From contig JAANOX010000213.1 in NCBI GenBank assembly GCA_020184695.1, positions 1,931-65,930 on the forward strand: a stretch of 64,000 bases of DNA, in the 5' to 3' direction. Positions 38,188 through 49,454 of this stretch are shown here, one piece after another. The notes under the pieces were generated by a model, which was not told the origin of the DNA, made no database searches, and was given only the letters and a program-made list of their open reading frames with translations. The position numbers were made by a program, and so were the translations under genes. This DNA comes from Histomonas meleagridis 2922-C6/04-290x. Its lineage: Eukaryota; Protista; Parabasalia. Numbering within the stretch: the stretch's first letter is position 1; each line of letters begins with the position of its first letter.

Positions 38188-39200
38188 CTAAAATTTTTTA
38201 TTTGACTCACAATTTGAGCTATATGCTGTATCAGCAGCTGTAGAAAATGTATCTATATCAAATATACTATCAACAGAACTTTCTTTATATGTGGTTTCAC
38301 CTGGCGGTCCCATTAAAATTTCTTGTATGTCTTTATCAATGATCATTTGTTTTGTTATATTGTATTCTGTTTTTAATTCTCCATCATTATTAATTATACC
38401 ATAAGTACGTCCGCTATCTTCTAACATGATACGATCATCATTAAAAGAATTTATTAATGTATTTATAATTAATACTTACAGAGTTAGCATTAGTTAGATA
38501 ATCACTATTAATATGATTTAAAGGAGGGTATTTGTCGTCGTGATTATGTGTGTTTAATGTTATATTATTTGTAGAAATATGATTAATACTATTTACTGTT
38601 ATATTACCGTTATTATTACAACGAAATGTCCTATCATATATTGCTTGAAAACTTAATGTATATCGGTCATTGCTCTAATTCTCCACGTATTATCTTTATT
38701 ATAATCATCTTTATAATGAAAATCAATATACTCACCCACTTCCATGACTCCATCTAATTTAATGATCGCGATTGATTAAATATTTACTGTTGAATTAGAA
38801 CCTCCGCCAATACTGTTTGAGATATAATATAATATTTTTTAATAATGTTTGCAACTATACTTCCATTAATAGCTAAATCATTATTATTGATAATTATATG
38901 TGTGTGATTTTTTAATGCAAAATCACTGATAGAATAACTATTGATGGTATCGATAATTAAATTTGTAATTGAAACATCATTACTATCTTCATTGTTGTTA
39001 ACCAATTGTTTGTATAAATCTATAACTCTATTTATATTATCAAACATTTCAATTATATCTGCATTTTTCATTATATTATCTCCAGTAAGTATACTCCATA
39101 TGAAGTATTACAGTTTGAAGTAACTCAACCTGATAGTGTGTCAGTGGTTCTTCACCTAATCCAAGTATCATTAAAATACAAGTTATGACACAAATTACTT
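38188..39200 (-). pseudogene. Fibre/tail-fibre-like gene with phage-type motifs, decayed
   Basis: LKNHTH, DGVMEVGEYIDFHYKDDYNKDNTWRI (starts 38754) and THNHDDKYPPLNH (38521-38553). Confidence 0.6.
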
Positions 39201-39760
39201 TATTTGAAAATTTAACGTCAATTTTTAATAGTTATAATAATGCATTCGCGAGTTATAGATTATTTTATTGATAAGAAGATTCAAGCAGTTTATATTATGC
39301 ATGATCTTAATTTTATTTTATTTTCGGCACATGTTACCGTAAAACTCGACCGTTAATCCTAATTTTCAATCATCCTCTCGTCGTTAATGCTTTATTTTAT
39401 GTAGCGAGGGATTGAGCGAGTGCGCAGCACGATGCTCAAATAGCTCTGTGTGTGTAAACGTGTTTTTGAGAAAAACCTTGGCGAAGGCTTTACCCTTGAA
39501 TTGGGGCGAGATATTCCAATATTAATCGAAAATTTTATCCAATTTAATTTCGACATTGCAATGTCCAACTATTGAATCAGAAACATGCATGTTCAATTAA
39601 AAACAATAAGTTCGGCAAAGATTAAATTAGATGAAAAATATCCAATTCATTTAAGAAAGCTCAGTTCAACAAAACATTAGTGAATGATATAGATCATTAA
39701 GTTTTTCTGGTGAATTTAATTCTTATGTTAAGGATTGGACCCAATATTGATATAATAATA

Positions 39761-40228
39761 TTAATTTATTTTTATCATCTTGAAATTTTTAAAGAAATTA
39801 ATAAAAATATGGCATTTCCCCATGACATAGATATCTATGCCAATCAATATTAATTTTAAATGATCTGGGATATCTTCTGGTAGCCATTTATTAATTTCTT
39901 TATCATTTTCCAAATACTCTTTATTCATTTCAAATAAACTTCGAATATTATGATTTTCAATATTAATCATAAAATATCTTTCATTATAGCCTTCTAATAA
40001 TTGAGGACTAAATTTTGGAATAATTTTTATATAATTTGTATAAATAGTATTTGTCAATAAATTTTGAATAAAATAATTTTTATCATTCGTGTTATATGAA
40101 ACAAATTTTAAATTATATTGTATCTTTGTATATTTATTTCTTGTAATGATTATTTTAGGCATTACTGGAAGTTGTATAATCATTATTTTATTTTTATTTG
40201 GATCATTATAATGATTATAATTTGTCAT
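39761..40228 (-). pseudogene. Unassigned ORF in the virus-remnant zone, possibly a D5/SF3 helicase C-terminus; abuts the mariner left end
   Basis: 155-codon ORF; PQLLEGYNERYFMINIEN loosely resembles the RR-type motif of D5 helicases. Weak. Confidence 0.25.
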
Positions 40229-40280
40229 AGTTTAGTTTCAAAAATTCATTGTAATTTAATAAAATTTGAATCATTTCTAT

Positions 40281-41613
40281 TAAGGAGCGGTCCAAAAGGA
40301 ATGACTCCATTCTTTTTTCGATGAATAACAGAATATTAATTTTTTCTATCAACTTTATTGATGATATTACTCTTTATGATTCTTAATCACCCATTCAAGT
40401 CTCTTGATCCATGCTTCAAACACCATTTGAAGCTCTTCAAAAGTGATACCGTCGTATATGCGTATAATTTCATTTTTTAAATCTTTTCATGAATTTATCT
40501 CCACACCCTTTATATTTTTCTTTGACATTCCGATAAACCAAAAATCACATGGACTTAGATCTGGTGAATAAGGTAAGTGAGGAATTCTATTAATTCTTTC
40601 TATATTTAATTTTTGAGCAACAAGTGATCAATTATGTATCGGGGAGTTATCCATATGAATCTTTATATTTTTCAAAAATGGTTGTTTCTTGTCATGATCA
40701 ACATTTTCGTGAAATTGTGGAATCATATAATTAATAAAATATTGCTGATTAAATTTGTGATTAGAAAATAATGCATCAATGCAAAGCATTTTCGTCCCAT
40801 TGAAGATAATTGTGAACATTGTTTTTTTGGATAGAATTTTCTTAGAGACTATCGGTGGCAACATATCACGTGATTCTTCATACATTTTTTTATGTTCATA
40901 TTCATAAAAGAACCACGACTCGTCACCAGTCATAATTGAATTATATAAGTTTTTTCTAGCTTTGATTAATTCTTTTGAAATTTCTTTAAAATACTCAACT
41001 TTTTTTTCCTTATCGTCTTCCGATAGCATATGGGGGATCCATTTTCTTCGATACTTTTTTAAACCAAGGTCGTTAATTAAAACTGATTTAATAGCAGTAG
41101 GAGAATTACCTAGTTCTGTTGCAATATATTTTGCTGATAAGAATGATTGTTCTTCAAGCATTTCTCGAATTTGATCCGCTACATTATTTTTAGACCTTCC
41201 GCATCTTGGTGAATCATTGCAACTTTGGTCACCTGAAGAAAATTTTTTACACCATCGTTTAACGCTTGAAAGAGATATATCGATTTCAGGAAGAGCAGTA
41301 TTTATTTCTTTGTAAATTTACAATTGATAGATATCCCATTCCTTGTAGAAAATAATATTTAACAACAATTTTTTTTTGAGCTCCGACTTTTCCATTAAAT
41401 TTTGTGATGGAAAAAGTGACGTTTTTGAATCGGGTAAAAAGATTTAATCACTCATAAGTGAATTATAATTCAACAAGTGTACAAAATTTTTAAATAACAA
41501 CAAAACACACATCGAGTTCATTAATTGTAGTTTTTATTTATATGTAGTTCATTATTATGGATCAAGTAGATGTCGAAAAAAGGGGGTGAGGTCAGTACTT
41601 TTTGGACCCCCTA
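40281..41613 (-). mobile_element. Complete-length mariner (DD34D) element with degenerate TIRs; transposase 41395-40357 with in-frame stops
   Basis: KWIPHML, IMTGDESW, HMDNSPIH, HLPYSPDLSPCDF (34 residues between the 2nd and 3rd D). The ends ggagcggtccaaaaggaatgac..cttttttcga and the reverse complement of tcgaaaaaag..gtcagtactttttggaccccc match; TA at both ends; 1.33 kb. Confidence 0.93.
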
Positions 41614-42005
41614 TATGTCTAATTATAAACCTGAGGTTATAGAAATTTTTTACAACTAAAATAGGTTAGATATTCCTGAAATTACAAATTTAATAGATAA
41701 ACAAAAAAGGGTGTCATTTACGAATGCAATTATATTTGAGAAACCAATACCATTTTCGACTTTAAGACAAAATAGTGAAATATATGTTATACCTTATGAA
41801 AAAGAAAATAAATAAAATACATATTATTTATTTGTGTATTTAATTCTTTAACATATTGTTTTACTGACCATAATGAAAAAAAAACATTAGTAACATAAAT
41901 TGTCTTCTTCGTATTGCTTTAAGCATTGTCAACAGGTTAAGTGTTAAAATTATTGAAATAATCATCATAGAAATCAAATGTAAAACAAAAAATCATCCTC
42001 AGACA

Positions 42006-42311
42006 TTAAAAAAATGAAGTGATTATTGTTTTTATTCGAACTAAAGCTTTAAAACTATCGGGATCGATAGAATTCATATCAAATATCGATTTGAATTCAT
42101 GATTATCAGGTATTTTATGTGATATAAGTATATCATTAACTTCATCTTCCTTTGATTCATATAGAAATGCTTGATGCCATCTCCCGAAATTACTTTCTAA
42201 TTGAATTAAATGAATCTCTAAATGATGGATATTATTAGTAAGTGGTGGCTTTTTGTTATCAGTTATTGGTATTGATACTTTGATAATTTTTTGATTGAAG
42301 AATTCGATCAA
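42006..42311 (-). pseudogene. Possible PD-(D/E)XK (Rpn/PDDEXK_2-like) C-terminal fragment
   Basis: HLEIHLIQL...RWHQAFL recalls the LEIHxIEL..W..FL pattern. No catalytic N-terminus seen. Confidence 0.25.
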
Positions 42312-43949
42312 CTCTCTATGAACATAATAAATATCTATAAAATTAGTTTAATTGATAAATTTTAGTTTACCATTTGATATAACAGTATTGTTATTTCAAT
42401 AGCAAAATAAAAAACAAAATTATGTTATTAATGAATTTTTATTTTTTATCATTTTCTTTGTTAAATTCAAGAATCGTTGTCCAATGTTTAAACATTTGAA
42501 GAATTTTCATTTATTTTAGATATTTTGTGAATATATTTATTTAATTTTTATTTTGTTTTTTGAGAAAACGATGTGATATATACGTTTTTTCTGAAACAAA
42601 TATTGTTTATCATCAATATCAGTTACAAAAAAATTGTTGGTAAACTTGAAAAAGGTTATCACTCGTTTACAGGTTTTTCTTGGAAGTCTATATCGAACGG
42701 TATATTTTATAATTTCAATTAATTCTGATGATGCTATAGCTGTAGTATATAAATGTTACAGAATGTATGGGACTGCTTATACACTATATGAGAACTCAAA
42801 TTAATGTTAAAGATTCTGATGCAGAAATATTAATACGTAAAATCAATACTAAAATGATAGCTTATGCTCGAAACACAACAATAATGTCGTCATCCATTAG
42901 TAGTAATCATGAATCAATGATTTTATTATGATCATAAAAAACTGTATCACCATCAAATTTATATATTGATGAATTCTTGACTTCAAAATAATGATCATCA
43001 TGTGATGCAGAATTCTGCAGGATAATAAAATTTCGATCGATATTTTAATGATACCAGCAATTTTATATCATAATCGAAGAAGTAAAAATAATGTGGCTTT
43101 ATATTTCTAAATTTTCATCGATATCACAATCTTGGCATATGTATGAATCAGATTATCACTATGATAATCATTATTATGTATAATATGCTGTGGATTATCA
43201 TATAATTCATTAGCTGTTTATATAGATTTCTCTTTGATATTTACATTATAATTTAATTCATTTCGATTAGGATATCTTACTTCATAAGGAACAACACTAA
43301 CATTCTGATGAAGATAGATATTGACAAAAATTGTATTATATGATGTCGGGATCATTATAATGATAATCATAATCATTCTTTTGAAATGTTTCCAATGATA
43401 GCTGATCATTTCAGTCAGCAAACGATTGATTCACATTCATTACGTAGGAATGATGAATATATCATCATTTTCGTTAAAGATAAAAATTTTTGATTATCGA
43501 ATATATTCAGGACGAATTTCAATGCATTTTTTATCCATTACTTTTATCTAGTATTAGGCTTTAGATATTATTTGGATAAATATCTTTATAAAATATATAA
43601 ATTACTTCATCATTTATACCTAATACTCCTTTTCTTCTTAAGTCACATGTTTGTGAATTATGACTTCGTGAGTCACACAAACTTTCCATTAATTTTCATT
43701 TTTTGACCACATAAAAGATTGTTTCGTCAGAAATATTTGAATAATAATGATTGGAGGATATGTAAATTTCTCGATATTGACAACTGGATCATTGTCGATT
43801 TAGTTTCGAAAATCTCTTTTTTATTCAATTTATTTTAATGAATTCTTTTAATTTTTTCCCAATATTACTGACTGCTTCTTTATCACACATGTGTACCACC
43901 TATTTTTGCATGAAATTGGATTTCTTTCGTTTATATGTTGTAAAATCAA

Positions 43950-45030
43950 TTTCCATTAACGAAGCTAAATCAGGTAATGATTGTTTCGCAATGATCGAAT
44001 TAACTAAGAACTTGCGATTCAATGGTTCCTGGCGTTCACTGTGATTTTAGCGATATTACCTCAGCATAAGAAGTTATAGTTAAGATTCCTTCAAAAATTC
44101 CAATAAGTTATTGTCTTGATGTTATTTAATATGCGATATCATCCGAACTGAAGCAATAAGCTTTCAATCGAACAGATGTCTTCATTGCAAAATCTTGTTA
44201 TTGCGCCTGTATGCGACCATGAATCGTTAGTTGTCGGAAAAGCCGTAGTTGTAGGAGATTATTTATGGGACTTTGGATTTAGAAATGTTAATGAATCAGT
44301 AAAGATCAATATTAAAGCAACAGCAGGAAGCGGAACAACAACTTATGCTTCAATGGATGCACCACAGCAATTTGTTCGCAAGAGTCAAGTTATAAATAAC
44401 GTAAAAATTAAGCTTGCAACATATCTTTTGAGAAGGGATGTGTCAAATGCTCTTGCTGCAAAATTAATTCAAGTTGCGATGCTATTTTTAATTAACGTTT
44501 GTCAAGTAAGAGATTTCACACAACCACTCGGAAGTGATTCAACAAGTGCTCAAATATCATTTAACACGGCAGCAACAATCGGATATAAACACTGCGATAC
44601 TATGTTAACTGTATTCAGACAAAGTCAATATTCACGGACTTGATTTTTAAATCCAGATAAGATATAGTTTTAATATTGAAAGTAACATCTGTACGATAGA
44701 AGCTTATGAAATCGTTGATGACCTTAGAAATCTCAATATGCTTTTTGATGCTGTTAATATAGATGGAAGCCTTTTGAGTTCTTTAGCAAAAGATATTAAA
44801 ACTTCTGTTCAACCTAATTATGAGAATACATATAATGCTTCAGGAGTTAATACTCGAACAAGAGCATGGCACGGTTAGGATTACAGTAATTTCTTCATTG
44901 AATTACCGCGCGATGAAGGTGAGGACTTCATAAATGAAATATCAACTACAGGTACCGTACAAGTTGAATTATTCGGATTAGCTGATATTCGCGTCAAATC
45001 ATCCGAAATATGCTCATTTCCTCCGTTTTG
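43950..45030 (+). pseudogene. Capsid protein middle/C-terminal remnant (third locus)
   Basis: ORF 44176-44643 (NLVIAPVCD...DTMLTVFRQSQYSRT) with beta-rich continuation ..DYSNFFIELP..STTGTVQVELFG; homologous by eye to 34640-34830. Confidence 0.55.
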
Positions 45031-46607
45031 TTGAGCATTAGGAAAATAATTAAAAAAAAGGTTAAAATTAACCCTCAAAAAATAAATGGTACTCTTTGAC
45101 ACTCGACATCATAATTATTTGGTGAATCTTAACCATCAGCAATTGTAATATCACAATTACCTGGATTCCACATCGAAATGAATCTATTTTTTGCGGTATT
45201 TTATATTGGTTCGTAAATCTTAACATTAATGTTTATGATAACATTAAATAATGATTATAAACCGAAACGTTTCGGATTTAGAATTCTAAACATCTTTTGA
45301 CGCACAGCAATGACATATTTATATATTACGCAATCATTAATGTAGGAATAAATATTTTTCATAAACTGTGATTGTATCGTAAGTTTTGAATGTTTGATGT
45401 GATCGAGAATATCTAATGGAATCAGAGATTCTTTAATTCAATAACAGTGAAAATAATATCTTATCACTTAAAAAATCTCAGTTCCTAAAAGTGATGTTTT
45501 ATTATGCAATCGAGGATTCCTTGCAAGAGTTGGAACAAATTTAAATTATCGGAAACGAAGTCAAAGCCGAAACGTTAATGTTGTAGTTAGTCTTTATGAA
45601 CGCGTCTCGGTTTATTTTGATGTTAATGCAACAAAAAAAATAATCCTGATGTTATAAAAGGAAGTGTTGAAACAGCTGATAATACGTTAACTAATCTTGG
45701 ACAAATAATTAATCACAAAGACTTATTGATTCAAGCGTTAATGTTGTGTTTGGATATAGTCGAAAATAATCCTCTGATAGTTAATAAATATGTCATAGCA
45801 GAAGAAGTGACGAGTTAGTAAAATTAATTCAATTGTTATGTGATACACAAGGAGTTGAGTTAGTTATAGCAGATCGAGAAGCGGGTTGTTGTAGAAGCAG
45901 TTCATATGATAATGTATCGAATAATTAAAACATTAAATTTTTTAAAAATTAGGCTTATTTTTTATTTTGTTAGTTCAACCGAAAAATAAGATTTATTTTT
46001 AACCAATAATAGGAATAATATACTTCAGAAATTGAACTTCTAATATGATTCATTTGATTATTATAATTATTTGATACAGATCTCGCAAATTGTGAATAGG
46101 TAGAGTGTTCACTATGAGGTTTTACTGTATAAACATACCCATTTTAATCATATTTAATAACATATGGTGCAAATCCTTCGATATATTTGTTGACATTAGT
46201 CTATAATTTCTATTTAAAATTAAGTGGTTTTTTGATAAAAGATCCCCAACAACTATTCATCATAAATTTTTGTGTAGTAGCTAATTTATTATTATTTAAT
46301 TTTTTAGCTTTCATTCTTAAATTATATAATATTTGTATAAGTTGTTTTACTTTGATATTTTCTCCTGTAAAATTACAGTTATCATCAGGTTAACCTGCCT
46401 AGGTACACATTGATATTACAGAAAACATATAGACACCATTTGAATCTATATAATAATGTTTACCTGTTAACAGGTGTTAAATGTATTTGTTTTTATATGG
46501 TTTTTAGGGAATATACATTCATTTCGTATTTTATTAGCTAATAAAATATTGCTATATTACCTAATAACTCAAATACCCTCCAATACAATCATATTCGTAC
46601 ATGATTT

Positions 46608-47500
46608 TTAACATACAGCTCTCATCTCTGGATTAAAATCAGGCAAATCATCAAGATAGGGATCTTTATCTGAAACTATGTTCTGATACAATATCAAATC
46701 ATTCTGTCTTGGAGGAATAATTGTTGAATCATTTGTATTGTCTTTCAAATAATTATGGATGAAATCGTTTATATTACTTCCATCCATATGGATGAACATA
46801 TATAGCATTTCATTGATTATGAGCTTAAAACCTTCATAGAGTTTATTAATTGTTTCGTAAGTTGTAACATTATTCCAGTACTCAGCACATAAATCCTTTA
46901 CTTCTTTGATATTTGTCGGATGATTTTGAGTAACATAATTGTCCATCAACTCCCAGACATTTTCGATTGGCAAAAGATCTGGTGAGTTATAAGGCCAATT
47001 GTTCAATAAGTTTATTCTCCGTTCAAACCATAAAATTGTTTGTGCTGATTTAGCACCGTCTTGCTGAATGATTCTTGGGTCGATATCTTCAATTTCAAGC
47101 ACATAATTTTATCAAATTAAAACAATACTGCTCTGAGTCAATACTTATTAATAAGTATAATCGAAAAAATCAATTTTGTCTTATAATTAATATCGATTAT
47201 ACCAAAAACCATATGGTTCAGAAAAACTTTCCCCAGGAATTCGTAGGTTGTCTACAGTCATTTTAAAGAATTTAATACTCGAATAATTTAATACTCCAAT
47301 AATTCGAGTATTATCTGCATTTATTTTTGTTGTACGTCCTCTTTTGGGTGCTGGTTCTCCAACAGACCATCCTGCTTTGATACAACTAGCTAAAACATTT
47401 GAAATTGTATTTGGTGAAACACCTGCGAGTAATTGAATTCAATTTGAATTTGTTTATATGATAATCCCAGTATCCAAAGGCGATATATGCAATACCTCTC
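46608..47500 (-). mobile_element. Tc1-like (DDxE) transposase pseudogene with internal deletion
   Basis: LAGVSPNTISNVL..KRGRTTKI (HTH, near 47330-47430); IIQQDGA...WPYNSPDLLPIENVW. Confidence 0.88.
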
Positions 47501-48369
47501 TGATTCACCTTGGAAAATACTATAGAAATGTTACTTTTGATAACGCTATTTCATGTGCAAATTGATCTTGTTCCATGACAAATTATAAACCGTTTCTATC
47601 GTACTACAACTTATTTAGCACCAGTTTATATTATTTAACAATAAACAGTTTATTAAAGGACTCTACGAGGCCTATTAAAAGATATCATTTTAAAAGTAAT
47701 ATTTGTTCGCATTACACTCTTTTGTATAGATATACCATTTGTAAAGTATTAATTCTTAATTAAATCTCTCCTATTTAATCAATATCTTATAACGATAACA
47801 TCGAAGGGCCCTGAAGCGAAGCCGTAAGGGGAGCCTGTAGATTATCTGCATTATAGATTATCTGTGTGTGTGTAGTATATTCATAATTGCCAGATATAAA
47901 ATCTTATATTTTCAAGCAGTCGTCGACTGCTTTATACCAGTCCTCTAAATTACCCGACATAGCATCTATTACATTTGGTTGTTGATTTTGCGGTGCATAC
48001 ATTTTTAGAATATATAAAAATAATATAACGAAGGATTTATAAAATTTGTCGTGTAAGACACTTATATAATAATAATATATTCAAAAATAATATAATCTTA
48101 ATGTAAATGTTTTTCTTCTTCGTTGGATTTTTTCAAAAATTCATAATATTTATTAATCATATCAGAAATTGCTGTAATATTACCTTCGCTGCCTTCAGAT
48201 TTATATAGTTGATTGAATATATCGCTATATAATGGATTTTGCATTAAAGAGTTATTAAACATTCTTTCATTACTATTTATTATTTGTAATAATTTGATTT
48301 CAAATTGCACATTTTTAAAAGTTTTAGCTAAAAAGAGAAGATTCAATGTCACGTTTAAACGTTTTATCA

Positions 48370-49128
48370 TTATTCGACTGGTTCATTCTTTAATTCCTGC
48401 AACTGGGTTTGAAGCATTTCAATCCTAGAATCATCGTAATTACGAATTTCTTTTCCTATGGATTCAATCTCATTACTAATTTTAATCATTTCTCGGCAAG
48501 CATTTACTTTTGCCTTGGAGTACATTTCTAGTGAATCTAGTACCGTCAAAAAGAGCTGTTTCTTATATTCTTTCTCTTCTTTGGCTAGTAATGCTTCTCG
48601 TTCATCTGCTTTTGAAACATCAATTTGTTTTTGTTTGAGACACATATCATGCTCGTCTTGAGCTTTTTGCATTTCAGGGGTTCCAGGCTTCGTGGCTCTT
48701 AATTGTTCTAATTTGGCATTAGCTTTTTCCTCAGCCTTTGTTGTCTTATTTGCACGATCACGTATTGCTTGATAGTTTTTGCGCTTTGATTTTATGTCTT
48801 CGTTTAATGGTCTAAGTTTTGTAAGCTCGGTACGCATTTTTGGAATAACATCGGATGCGTCTTTTGAAAATTGTTCTACCTTCCTGACTTTTTCATCTGC
48901 TCTGAATACAGGGTCTTGAATTTGTTGATCTGGTTGTTTACGTGCAAATTCGGTAAATACTTTTCCATGAGCAAGCCCAAAATAGTTATGTTTTTTGCCA
49001 GATGCAATAAAAGAAGATTCAATTGCGTTATCCATGTTGTGCCATTCTGGAAAAGCTCTTAAGCTGTTGAACATAGAGCAGATTGACTTGTAAACCTCTT
49101 ATTGTCATAAAGTATTTAAATTTCCCAT
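48370..49128 (-). CDS. BAR-like coiled-coil protein; probable true start ATG 49128 (MGNLNT..)
   Basis: Intact 234-aa all-helical ORF with a BAR-like length and heptad pattern. An upstream ATG joins the frame if one extra T and one missing A in short homopolymers are corrected. Confidence 0.65.
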
Positions 49129-49454
49129 TGACTTTTGAATTTTGAGAACAATGGTTAAAATGTAAAAGGGCATGTTTCTTAGGGTTATCTTGATATGTCT
49201 AGTTTAAACTCATTACTTAATTAATATATTAAGACCTTGTATTTTAATTTTAAACATCAAACTAATAAAATATTTTTTGTTTATTATAAAATTTTGAAAT
49301 TAAATACAATTTCAATATTTAAATAATTTGCATATTTTTTTTTCGATGGAGCGGTGTTGGATAATTTTTGTCAAGACAATTGTGATCAATTGATCTTTTT
49401 TCCACTTGTTTCTTACTGGTGTTTTGTTGAAACGGTTAGAAAATCGGCTGGTCA

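Noticed and set aside
44881-45102. 73-aa minus-strand ORF
   Set aside because: Antisense shadow of the capsid remnant.
48098-48370. 90-aa ORF abutting the BAR-like gene
   Set aside because: Starts at a non-ATG codon overlapping the upstream stop, has no motif, and fits 3' UTR/AT-rich chance.
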